IMG/VR virus record: IMGVR_UViG_3300030102_005966
Location: 1 to 63,679 of that record
Source: a virus
Taxonomy: Duplodnaviria > Caudoviricetes
Strand: one strand, 5' to 3'
DNA length: 63,679 bases
A program made the translations under genes and the position numbers. Positions 8,569 to 17,120 of this stretch are shown here, one piece after another. How positions within the stretch are numbered: position 1 is the stretch's first letter; each line of letters opens with the position of its first letter. The notes below the pieces were generated by a model that made no database searches, was not told the origin of the DNA, and saw only the letters and a list, made by a program, of their open reading frames with translations.

Positions 8569-9798
8569 CTACCCGGAACCCAAGATGGAGTCAATAGCCT
8601 CCACAAAAGACTTTTCACGAGCAATCTTAGAACCACCCTCAGATGCTGGTGCCCCCGATACCGTAGGCTCTGCTTCCTCATACTCGGCAAGCTTGTCCGT
8701 CAGAGTTTCCGCTTCCTTCCTTGCCCCCAAATACTCACGGATAATAGTAGGTAGGAGCTGGGCAGCAACTGAATTGTATGCAAAGTCAACAGGGTGGACT
8801 ACAGACGGGTCGAGCCCCGCAGCCTTTTCTTCAATGCCACTCATATCCAACCCCTCAAATCCACTTAGGAAAGGCAGTTTTTCATTAACACGCTTCACCA
8901 CATTACGAGTGACGTTCGTCCGAAGTTCCGCTTGCTTAGCCAGTTCCTCGTTTTGCCGTTGCTCTTCCAGTGCCTGCGCCTCTTTTAAAGCTGCGTCAGC
9001 GTTAGTATACAGCTCCTCTCTTCTCTGCAGGATAGGTTCTAGGTCTTCAATAATCCGGTAAACACTTGCCTTGTCCCGGTCAGAGGCAGAATACAAAAGG
9101 TCGCTAAGCATCGAATCCTGCTTAGCAGTATCCTCCTCAGCAATAGCATCAATCAAGTTATCCGCTTCAATTTCGTATTTGGATGCAATTTCACTAGCCC
9201 GTTCCAAAACAGCATTAAGGGGCTCTGCCACCGCTTCTTGGTATGCGGAGGTAGCCTCCAAATCAGTCACCAACTTTTCCTGCTCAAACTCAGCAAGCTT
9301 GGCCTTCAGGGTGTCAAAGTCCTGCCCCTCGACAAGACCGCTCATTTCCTTCATCTTCGCCTCTTGCTCCTTCATCGTCTGACGAAGCTCCTCCACCTCG
9401 GAACGGTTGCTCTTCAGCTCGTTCTTAAGTTGCTTAAAACGGTTGGCAGCTTTCGGAGTCCAGTCATCCCCCACATCCGCAGACAAAGACTCAATAGGGT
9501 CTTCCTCCGCAGCTGGTTCCTCCTTCGTGGTTACTGGTTCCTGTTCCGTGGACGATGGTTCCTCCGTAGCTTTCTCAGGCTCAGGAGTAGGCTCAGGAGT
9601 AGGCTCAGGAGTAGGCTCAGGCTCGGCAACTGCTTCCGGTTCAGGGTTGGTAGCTTGGTTAAGTGCCTTGTCTATAGCATCCGTAAAACTTAAGGCGGGC
9701 TCAGGAGTCGCGTTCGGTAAGGAGGATTCAGGAGTTGGTGCCGCTTCGGGAGCTGCTTCTTGGTTTTCCGCTACTGCGGTGTCTGTATGTGTTTCCAT
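8569..9798 (-). CDS. Capsid scaffolding protein (putative)
   Basis: Acidic, Pro-rich disordered N-terminus plus long coiled coil; lies between portal and capsid genes. Confidence 0.65.
   Translation of the reverse strand: METHTDTAVAENQEAAPEAAPTPESSLPNATPEPALSFTDAIDKALNQATNPEPEAVAEPEPTPEPTPEPTPEPEKATEEPSSTEQEPVTTKEEPAAEEDPIESLSADVGDDWTPKAANRFKQLKNELKSNRSEVEELRQTMKEQEAKMKEMSGLVEGQDFDTLKAKLAEFEQEKLVTDLEATSAYQEAVAEPLNAVLERASEIASKYEIEADNLIDAIAEEDTAKQDSMLSDLLYSASDRDKASVYRIIEDLEPILQRREELYTNADAALKEAQALEEQRQNEELAKQAELRTNVTRNVVKRVNEKLPFLSGFEGLDMSGIEEKAAGLDPSVVHPVDFAYNSVAAQLLPTIIREYLGARKEAETLTDKLAEYEEAEPTVSGAPASEGGSKIAREKSFVEAIDSILGSG
9577..9620. repeat. 12-bp tandem repeat encoding (EPTP)n
   Basis: aggctcaggagt about 3.5 times. 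Confidence 0.85.
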
Positions 9799-10088
9799 TC
9801 TTCAGGTTGGGTAGGCTGTTGGTTTTGTCCTTTCAAAACAGTTAACTTGTGAATATCACTAAAAGCATCACGGTATCCTGCATACCATGCATGTCGGTGG
9901 CTATTTTCGGAGGGATCGGAACTGACCGTGGAGTTTGTTGGTCCTGCGATTTCTTTGAGTGTAGCTGCTGCCGATTGGAAAGTCTCAGACTCCACGATAG
10001 CTCGCAGTTCCGTAACTTTTTTGGGGTCATTGAACCAATGATTAAGGGGTATAGGTAAAGGTGTAGGTAAGGTTTTGGTTTTGGGCAT
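9771..10088 (-). CDS. Small protein downstream of portal
   Basis: 105 aa, typical position between portal and scaffold. Confidence 0.6.
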   Translation of the reverse strand: MPKTKTLPTPLPIPLNHWFNDPKKVTELRAIVESETFQSAAATLKEIAGPTNSTVSSDPSENSHRHAWYAGYRDAFSDIHKLTVLKGQNQQPTQPEEWKHIQTPQ

Positions 10089-10094
10089 AAAGGG

Positions 10095-12335
10095 TTAACG
10101 CTGCGCTTGATCCCGCATCTTCATCACGTTCGCAGCGTCCCGCATAGCTTGTTCTTGGTTGAACTTCGCCTGCTTTATCTCCATGTCCAGCTGGGCTTTT
10201 TGCTGGGCCATTTGCATCTTCATCTGATGCTCTTGGAGTTTGGCGTCCATCATGGGGTCGCCTTGCTGCTCGGCCCCTTCGGGTGCAGCCTGCGCTTGGT
10301 CGCGCTGAATCTTTTGCACTTGCTTGGAGGTATTATTAATCATCTCCTCTGCAAACTGTAGTGCTTGGTTAGCCTCACCTACCATAGCTTCCTGCGAAGG
10401 GTCTTGGGCAAGAAGCTGAGTCGTCTCAGCGATATGCTGATAGAACGCCTGCATAGCAGGAAGCGACTGAACGGGGTCTGCCACCCCTTCATTAAGCTGC
10501 TCGATAAGTAGCATCATCTCCGGAACATGGATCTGGAGGTGGGCTCCATGAATCTCATTAGACTCAACAGGCACGGGGGTTCCCTGCATTAACTGCTGGT
10601 TCTCAAAGAACGCAATCTTATTATCTACTGTCGGACGGGCTTCTTCTACCTGCGGTGCGTAGCGGTCAGCGAGATCGTGACCTACGCGAGTTGAGACAAT
10701 ATCCCTAGTCAGGTTCTGACGCCCTACCTCATCGAACGAACCTGCTATCGCCTGCAACTCGCGTAGAGCCACTAATCGGTTAGCATAACTTCCATTTCCG
10801 ATAGAGCGCACTGCTTTCGTGCGAGCTACATCCAAGGTTCGGATAAACGACTCCGATATACCCCGGTTAGCGCAACGGGTATAAAAATCCTTAAGGGCTG
10901 GGTCAGACTTCTTGGAAGTCACTATACGGCGGACTACTTCACGGAGAAGCCTATTCCAACTTGAATAGAAAAGATTTAAGGAAGCTCCTGAGAGGCGGGT
11001 GCTAACATCCATGTCAGCCACCACTTGCATTTGGTTCCTGTATGGCGACCCCTGTTGTGGTCCATACGTGCTTACGGTATCCGTGTTTAATGCCAGCTGC
11101 TGGGATATATCCTCAAGGGCTGGCTGCACCGCCGTGCCTAGGTTCGGAATTGCCTTCTCGATAATGTTGACGTTCGGAGACAACACGGCATAGGCTCCGT
11201 AGTATGTAAAGCCCAACTCATCCAACGCACGTTGGCTGTCGGGTTGGATCATTACCGCAGAAGCGAGCATCGCTCCGTCAATCATTTGGCACCTCAAACG
11301 GTTGCTCGTCTGAATGTGGTTGAATATACGGTGACCTAAACCACGAATAGAGTGGTAAGTGCCATTGCTCCCCGTCCCGTAGGTAAATATAACGTAAGCC
11401 TGCTCGGGGGTTTCATAGCGAGAAATCTTTTTGTATAGAAATTCCTTAGGGCTGTTTTCCGCTGCGATATAGTGAGAAACACTTCCATCTATTTCGCGCA
11501 CCCAAAAGTGCAAGACGGATACGGTGGGGTTTTGATGCCCCGCATGTAAATCATTATTTTTTAGCTCTTGTTGGGTTGCCTCCCAGTCAGTGTATGTATG
11601 GTGTCTCGATGTCCTCCCGCTTGTGCTGGCATTCTTTACGATCACCCGCTTAACTTCATCCACATCCCACCCTACACGGGCTGCTGCCTTCTCATTCTTA
11701 ATGAAGGCATACAGCTCGTGCAGGTGGTATTCACGACGACCGATGGCAATGTCGATAGCGTTTTCAGATGCTGGGGTTTGGCGGGGAATCAAAATGTCCG
11801 TAAAAGAACCTACCCGAAAACGCCACTCGTCGGGCGTATCAAAGTAAGTGATTCCTGTGCCATGTTTAATGAATGATGTGCAGAGCCTCAAGTAGCTTGA
11901 ATGAAACTCAGGCCACGAGCGCAGCATATGAGTAATCTCTTCCGCTACAATCCCCTCTTGCTCGGTTATCTCGGCAGGTTCCCCTTCGGTTCCTCTAACC
12001 TCAACCAGTCGCTCAAGCGAAGAATAAAGATCCACATAAGCGGACAGGGATATATCAAGCAAGCGTTGTGCTTCTCCAAAGTTTAAGTTGGTCTTTAACC
12101 CCTGACCACTAGCCGAAAGAGCCCCAGCATCGTAGGGATTAGCTCCATCAAACATTGCGTCAATACGAGCGCGGTTAATAGATGAGGACTCATCCGCTCG
12201 GCGCAATCCGTGATAAATGTTTATTGCGCTTTTTACGTCTTTTAATCTTGGTTCTACGGGCTTCCCTTTATCGTCAAGAGAGCCGAGACCGTCTAAGGCG
12301 TTAAGCTCGAAATTCGTCTCATACATTGAATGCAA
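10095..12335 (-). CDS. Portal protein (putative)
   Basis: 746 aa with a Gln/Met-rich C-terminal coiled coil typical of P22-like portals; first gene of the head module. Confidence 0.7.
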   Translation of the reverse strand: MHSMYETNFELNALDGLGSLDDKGKPVEPRLKDVKSAINIYHGLRRADESSSINRARIDAMFDGANPYDAGALSASGQGLKTNLNFGEAQRLLDISLSAYVDLYSSLERLVEVRGTEGEPAEITEQEGIVAEEITHMLRSWPEFHSSYLRLCTSFIKHGTGITYFDTPDEWRFRVGSFTDILIPRQTPASENAIDIAIGRREYHLHELYAFIKNEKAAARVGWDVDEVKRVIVKNASTSGRTSRHHTYTDWEATQQELKNNDLHAGHQNPTVSVLHFWVREIDGSVSHYIAAENSPKEFLYKKISRYETPEQAYVIFTYGTGSNGTYHSIRGLGHRIFNHIQTSNRLRCQMIDGAMLASAVMIQPDSQRALDELGFTYYGAYAVLSPNVNIIEKAIPNLGTAVQPALEDISQQLALNTDTVSTYGPQQGSPYRNQMQVVADMDVSTRLSGASLNLFYSSWNRLLREVVRRIVTSKKSDPALKDFYTRCANRGISESFIRTLDVARTKAVRSIGNGSYANRLVALRELQAIAGSFDEVGRQNLTRDIVSTRVGHDLADRYAPQVEEARPTVDNKIAFFENQQLMQGTPVPVESNEIHGAHLQIHVPEMMLLIEQLNEGVADPVQSLPAMQAFYQHIAETTQLLAQDPSQEAMVGEANQALQFAEEMINNTSKQVQKIQRDQAQAAPEGAEQQGDPMMDAKLQEHQMKMQMAQQKAQLDMEIKQAKFNQEQAMRDAANVMKMRDQAQR

Positions 12336-12368
12336 AATCTAAAGTGTTTTGAACACAAATACAAGTGC

Positions 12369-12848
12369 TTATAGGGAGCCGCTCGCTAGGTCTACAACGG
12401 TATCGACAGCAAGGAACTTACGGGAGCCATCTGAACGGTATAGCGTGACATACGACTTGTCGCGCTTCATGGTAGCTCGCACTGGGTAACACTTGCCAGC
12501 ATTCGGTCCCCTCTTCGGAGGGTCTATGCAGTAGATGGCTCCGTAGTGCGTGGTTGCGTATCGCGGGAAGCCGGGGACGATGGTCGCCTGCAGTCCTTCC
12601 AGTATCTCCTCACGGGTCAGGTATTCGGATGGGGGCTCGCCAAACGTAGATTCGGCTAGGCGAGTAGAGTCGAACACCCACTTCTCGCCATTATCCTTGT
12701 ATACCTGTGCATACCACTTGCCGTTCTTAAATTGTTGTATGAGGCGTTTCCCCTCGCGCCACACGTTCCCGTCAGGCGTAAGGCAGTATTTCAAAGCCCC
12801 ATCTATAAATACACTATTTTCCGGTGCTGCTATAACGGTTGTAGCCAT
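12369..12848 (-). CDS. NUMOD4/HNH-associated-like protein without a recognisable HNH core
   Basis: Two repeats of an Y..T.dG.V/I...Y.V.L pattern (IVPGFPRYATTHYGAIY); no HNH motif seen. Confidence 0.4.
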   Translation of the reverse strand: MATTVIAAPENSVFIDGALKYCLTPDGNVWREGKRLIQQFKNGKWYAQVYKDNGEKWVFDSTRLAESTFGEPPSEYLTREEILEGLQATIVPGFPRYATTHYGAIYCIDPPKRGPNAGKCYPVRATMKRDKSYVTLYRSDGSRKFLAVDTVVDLASGSL

Positions 12849-12877
12849 TAGAGAAAATTATTGAATCTGCCCTATAT

Positions 12878-12951
12878 ATAAACTATTTCCTATATAGGTC
12901 TGTGGTTTATTCTACTTTAGAATAAATTACATACTGCTTCTCAGAAACTTT
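12878..12951. repeat. ~75-bp dispersed element with palindromic TTTATTCTA-N3-TAGAATAAA core, copy 1
   Basis: Aligns by eye with the reverse complement of 48074-48147. Confidence 0.65.
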
Positions 12952-12968
12952 TCAACTTATTGTTTCAC

Positions 12969-13229
12969 TCAAGACTTTTCTTCTTTCTGCATCTCTGCCC
13001 ACAACTCAGCCGCCCGTTTTAAACGTGAGCGGTGTAAGCGTTCCTTGTTCTTGCGGTAATATGCGCGGTTGTATTTGCGCGTATTCTCCAACCACTTGGG
13101 GTCTGTCTCCTTACGTAGCTCCTTACGCCTTTTTATCGCTTCCTTGTTTTCTTCGTAGTATTTCTTTTGGTAGGCTTTACGGGCATCCTTGTTTTCTTCG
13201 TAGTATTTTTGCTTGTCGGGATTGGGCAT
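12969..13229 (-). CDS. Small basic helical protein with KYYEENK repeats
   Basis: 86 aa; repeat type common in N-termini of phage endonucleases; TTGACA about 30 nt upstream. Confidence 0.55.
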   Translation of the reverse strand: MPNPDKQKYYEENKDARKAYQKKYYEENKEAIKRRKELRKETDPKWLENTRKYNRAYYRKNKERLHRSRLKRAAELWAEMQKEEKS

Positions 13230-13304
13230 CCTTATTCATATGCGCGGTTGAATTGGTGTCAAATTTTTTCTTATACTCTCATATATAGATATGCACACGC
13301 GCAC

Positions 13305-13952
13305 GAAAATACGCCACCCTACGGGTGGCGTATTCTGATAACTTCCGACAAGATGTCTAATCTCTAATCGAGATTAGACATAAAAAGATTTGCAACTCCC
13401 TTATAGTGAATACTTAACCCCTAAAGGGTTAAGTATTCAGGGTTCAGGAACCACCTCATCTCGCGTGTGTAGAGAGTGATTTCGCATGTGCACGGCTCTG
13501 CTAAAGCAGAGCGGGGGTTGTATTTCGTTTTGTTGATGACCCTCTCGTTCAGTGTGGAGTATATCCATACTCCACACTGAACCCTGCGCGTTGGTTAAAG
13601 GAACTTGTTCCTTTAACCCGATTCATTAACCATTTTGGATTCAATCAGTTTATATCAATGCATTGATATAAACACCTGTGCGCGAATACTGGAACAAGTT
13701 CCAGTATTTTCCTGAGCTGGAGGCAAGGCAATTTTGGGAAGTGAGCTGACCATCTACCGATGGTCGTGCGCGTTGCTCTGCTTGCAGAGCCAATTTAATC
13801 GGTGTTTTTAGCCTTTGGCTCTGCTAAAGCAGAGCGTCTGCGCGACAGTGCGTGGCTAACAAGTTAGCTCCTGCCCTGTAGCACTCAGCCCCGCCTAGCG
13901 CGGCGCGGATAAGGCGGAGGCGCGACCCAGTTATTTTCTCTGAAAATAACTG
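13305..13952. repeat. Array of about 13 sequence-diverse palindromes (non-coding)
   Basis: Examples: 13308-13334, 13353-13381, 13407-13439, 13547-13582, 13593-13618, 13648-13673, 13686-13709, 13928-13952; arms 6-16 bp. Confidence 0.9.
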
Positions 13953-13994
13953 AAAAAAAAGAATTTGCCAAGTTCGGCGTTTTGGTGCTAGTGT
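13953..13994 (+). promoter_or_regulatory. Candidate main early promoter
   Basis: A-tract, then TTGCCA-N18-TAGTGT with a TG extension; faces the 12-kb plus-strand block. Confidence 0.45.
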
Positions 13995-13999
13995 TTTTG

Positions 14000-14430
14000 G
14001 GTCATCGGAAATCGACTGACCGAGCCGAACGGTTCGCTGGCTGAACTTGATCGCCAGTCGCCGGGAGAGAGAGATCCTGCTCTCCTGCAAATTTGGCTAC
14101 TCATCCTTGATCCCTTCCTTGTTTGGTAAGGCAGATAGGATGAACCCTACGGGGTTTAGGATAGCTACTATGGTAATTGGAGAAGAATATCTTCGACTTT
14201 TGAGGCAATAAAGTTCCCTCATGGAGATGCACAGCATCTAATCGAAGTAACGATCCATGGTGGTAGTGAGCTGGGATGTCCATGCTTTAGCATGGTCATG
14301 AGTCTTGAAGACGCTCGTCTCCCTCACAGTTAACTGGCTAGGAAGCTGAATCATGTAGTGGATGATTAACTGTCCTACAAGGAAACATGTTGGTTAACAA
14401 TTAAACTCCTTCGGGAGACAATTTCAAAGT
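14000..14430 (+). ncRNA. Large structured leader/ncRNA candidate
   Basis: No credible plus-strand ORF; many nested helices with G-U pairs valid only on the plus strand, e.g. taggatag/ctgtccta enclosing gctactatgg/ccatggtggt and cttcga/tcgaag. Confidence 0.55.
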
Positions 14431-14448
14431 TTATAAAGATTTCATTTA

Positions 14449-14503
14449 AACCCGTTTGGATACAATCCAAACACAACCGCTACCTTCGGTAGCTTAGAAA
14501 GGA
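14449..14503 (+). repeat. Early leader element copy 1 (two hairpins + SD)
   Basis: aacccgtttggatacaatccaaacacaaccgctaccttcggtagcttagaaagga directly before the ATG. Confidence 0.9.
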
Positions 14504-14508
14504 ACATC

Positions 14509-15009
14509 ATGGCTAAAGCTAAGATGACCAACCGTAAAACAGCAACTAAGAAAGTTGCTAAGAAAGCTCCTGCCAAACGTAAAGTTTGGAAGAAGCGTCC
14601 AGCAACCAAGAAGGTTGCCAAGGAGACAGCAACCAAGAAGGTTGCTAAGAAGGTGAGTCCAAAGGACTCCACCAAGGAACGGAAGACCGCTCCGGTCTTC
14701 AACCCTCTCGCTACAGCATTTGCTGTAGCTAGGGAAGCAATCGAACTCTTCCGACAGGGAGAGATCGAAGACCTGAGTTTCCTTTACAAGGAACTCACTG
14801 CCTGTTGCTCCGCTAGGAGCAACGGAGACGGTAGCCTTGCATCTCAGATTGAGATGCAACAGTGGAGGCACAACTTTGCCTCCATCCTCTTCGGTATCCT
14901 TGAGGATACCTTGCAAACCGTCGAAGACGGTGGCTCCCTTGAGGAACTCAAGGGTAGGATAGTGGAACAAGTTCCACAAGCTGAGGACTTTGTATCCTCC
15001 ACCCTGTAA
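14509..15009 (+). CDS. First early protein; histone-H1-like basic N-terminus, acidic C-terminal domain
   Basis: ATKKVAK repeats; strong SD. Confidence 0.75.
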   Translation: MAKAKMTNRKTATKKVAKKAPAKRKVWKKRPATKKVAKETATKKVAKKVSPKDSTKERKTAPVFNPLATAFAVAREAIELFRQGEIEDLSFLYKELTACCSARSNGDGSLASQIEMQQWRHNFASILFGILEDTLQTVEDGGSLEELKGRIVEQVPQAEDFVSSTL

Positions 15010-15086
15010 AGGGTAGGAGTTCAAGGAACTCCGAGTCAGGGACACTGTAGGTAACTACAGTGTCCTTGCGTTGGAAGTCTTTGTTT

Positions 15087-15145
15087 AACCCGTTTGTATC
15101 CAAAGGATACAAACACAACCGCTACCTTCGGTAGCTTAGAAAGGA
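15087..15145 (+). repeat. Early leader element copy 2
   Basis: aacccgtttgtatccaaaggatacaaacacaaccgctaccttcggtagcttagaaagga. Confidence 0.9.
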
Positions 15146-15151
15146 TAGCTT

Positions 15152-15403
15152 ATGGATAAGCTATTGGAACTGTTGGATAACATTCTTAACGAATGTACTG
15201 ACAGTGCTGTTATACAGCAACTTGTTTACATGAGGTTGGCTTTAGTCAACCTCAGTAAACGAAAGGGTGGATGCCCTAAGTTCACAACTGTTTACAGTTG
15301 TGCGTTCGGTCATCTCTTTGAAGAGATGATGAAGCTACAGGATGCAGAACTCGAAGAGATCTGCATGGAACTTGATTCCCCTCATGAATATGAGGAAGAA
15401 TAA
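15152..15403 (+). CDS. Small acidic early protein
   Basis: 83 aa, follows a leader element. Confidence 0.7.
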   Translation: MDKLLELLDNILNECTDSAVIQQLVYMRLALVNLSKRKGGCPKFTTVYSCAFGHLFEEMMKLQDAELEEICMELDSPHEYEEE

Positions 15404-15590
15404 AGTGGTCATAAAGACCATCAACTCTCCGATTCAACGGAGAGTATGGCAGAGCATGACTCTTAGTCATGCTATGAAGCAAGCCCCAACTCCATCGGAG
15501 TTAAGGGCTAAGTCGGCAACCCAGTCCAGTAAGGGCTGGGTTGATTTCTTGGAGTCCAGTCTTACAGACTGTAAGCTGAAGCTGGACTGA
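15390..15590 (+). CDS. Hypothetical early protein (start uncertain)
   Basis: ORF overlapping the end of the upstream gene. Confidence 0.45.
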   Translation: MRKNKVVIKTINSPIQRRVWQSMTLSHAMKQAPTPSELRAKSATQSSKGWVDFLESSLTDCKLKLD

Positions 15591-15591
15591 A

Positions 15592-15645
15592 CACTCCACC
15601 CTCCACCCTCTACAGGGTGGAGGGTTCAACCTAAATTAGAAAGGA
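15592..15645 (+). repeat. Second leader class: accctccaccct/agggtggagggt hairpin + SD, copy 1
   Basis: Near-identical copy at 16111-16162; related forms at 22308 and 23941. Confidence 0.8.
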
Positions 15646-15654
15646 ACTTAGCCA

Positions 15655-15882
15655 ATGGCTAATTACATCAACACTTTACAGGAAGCTGTAAAGGAACATC
15701 ATGCTGACAAAGAGAGAGCAATCGAAACAATTAATTGTTTCATGAACTATCTCCAATCATCCAAGTTTTGGAATGATACCACCATCCAAGTTGTAGAAGT
15801 TGCTAGACTTCTACACAACATCAAGTCAGAACTTGATGTTGATAGATACGAACCCGATTGTATCCAAAAGATACAATCATAA
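15655..15882 (+). CDS. Hypothetical early protein
   Basis: 75 aa, SD AGAAAGGA. Confidence 0.7.
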   Translation: MANYINTLQEAVKEHHADKERAIETINCFMNYLQSSKFWNDTTIQVVEVARLLHNIKSELDVDRYEPDCIQKIQS

Positions 15883-15909
15883 CCGCTACCTTCGGTAGCT
15901 TAGGAAGGA
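15851..15909 (+). repeat. Early leader element copy 3 (overlaps the 3' end of the upstream gene)
   Basis: aacccgattgtatccaaaagatacaatcataaccgctaccttcggtagcttaggaagga. Confidence 0.85.
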
Positions 15910-15913
15910 ACTT

Positions 15914-16105
15914 ATGGCATCAAACTATAAGTTTTATAGACGACCAGCAATCGTCATTCGCTCCAACGCTAAAAGCGGTGGAGGCTATGCCCTTCAGAGG
16001 CAGAGCGATGAGCTTTATGAAAAGCTCATGGAGGCAGAGGCAGTGATAAGATCACTGCAAGCGAAGCGGAGACTTCGCATTCCCTTGGAAGACCAAGATT
16101 GGTAG
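15914..16105 (+). CDS. Hypothetical early protein
   Basis: 63 aa after a leader element. Confidence 0.7.
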   Translation: MASNYKFYRRPAIVIRSNAKSGGGYALQRQSDELYEKLMEAEAVIRSLQAKRRLRIPLEDQDW

Positions 16106-16110
16106 TCCAT

Positions 16111-16168
16111 ACTCTACCCTCCACCCTCTACAGGGTGGAGGGTATAACTTAAACAGAAAGGATACAAA
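16111..16168 (+). repeat. Second leader class, copy 2
   Basis: actctaccctccaccctctacagggtggagggt...agaaaggatacaaa. Confidence 0.8.
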
Positions 16169-16173
16169 GTATC

Positions 16174-16395
16174 ATGCCTTCTTTTAGAACCAAGACAGCA
16201 AGTCAGTCTCACCTCGATCTTCGTGAGGCTAAGAGGTCTTGCTGTATACCAAACCACCAAGATACTTGGTGGTTCAAAGACAAGCCTTGGAAGAAACCCA
16301 AGGCTTGGAGAGGATCGAAACTAGCCAAGAGGCTTTCCGCTAAAGCGGAAAGAAAACAAGCAAAGCTTAACTTAAACAGAAAGGATACAAAGTGA
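16174..16395 (+). CDS. Small basic early protein
   Basis: 73 aa, strong SD. Confidence 0.65.
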   Translation: MPSFRTKTASQSHLDLREAKRSCCIPNHQDTWWFKDKPWKKPKAWRGSKLAKRLSAKAERKQAKLNLNRKDTK

Positions 16396-16733
16396 GTATT
16401 GAGAATGATACCGTGACAGGTGGTGAATATCCCTCATGGGATAATCACACTGCAAAGTTATTCAGAGATGCTAAAGCATCTGCTGAACTATTTACTCCAC
16501 CACTTTATAAGTGGATGGAGTATGCTGATGATGATCGTAACCCCCTTGGGGTTACTGATGGTAAGGTTCTTAACCTTACCGAACCCGACCCCGGAGGGGT
16601 CGAAGAGATTGGCTTTGGTATTCCTATGGAATACCAAGATGACACTCCGTCATTTGAAACCCAACCAAAACTTAACCCTGAAGGGTTAAAGAACCTCAAA
16701 GAAAGGACACAAAGTAATGGATACTACGTATAA
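16392..16733 (+). CDS. Hypothetical early protein
   Basis: GTG start after agaaaggatacaaa. Confidence 0.65.
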   Translation: MSIENDTVTGGEYPSWDNHTAKLFRDAKASAELFTPPLYKWMEYADDDRNPLGVTDGKVLNLTEPDPGGVEEIGFGIPMEYQDDTPSFETQPKLNPEGLKNLKERTQSNGYYV

Positions 16734-16932
16734 CGGCTGGAGAAATCGCTCCACTTGGTTAGTTAATGTTTGGTTTAACCCAACATCCTCTGATCTTGAC
16801 TCCATAAAAGAAAGTCTTGATCAAAAGGTAGATGATCTACGTAACTCTAATGATATGCTGGACAACTTCCTCGCTGACCATATCAATTTAGATGAAATTG
16901 ATTGGGAGGAGTTAGCTGAGGCTCTCGCCTAG
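16717..16932 (+). CDS. Conserved small phage protein (YNGW.N..TW.VN.W family)
   Basis: N-terminal TYNGWRNRSTWLVNVWF motif; SD gaaagga. Confidence 0.7.
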   Translation: MDTTYNGWRNRSTWLVNVWFNPTSSDLDSIKESLDQKVDDLRNSNDMLDNFLADHINLDEIDWEELAEALA

Positions 16933-17058
16933 GTGCAGGCGAAAAACACCACCCTCTCGGAAAGGTGGTATAGCATTCTCTAACATAGTGTAGAGAATGC
17001 ATACCTCCTTTCCTTAGAGAGGGGGGTGAGCAACCGAATTTCAAAACCCCCTTTTGAT

Positions 17059-17112
17059 AACCCGTTTGGATTCACTCCAAACACAACTGCCACTACGGTG
17101 GCTTAGAAAGGA
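17059..17112 (+). repeat. Early leader element copy 4
   Basis: aacccgtttggattcactccaaacacaactgccactacggtggcttagaaagga. Confidence 0.9.
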
Positions 17113-17120
17113 CATAGCTT

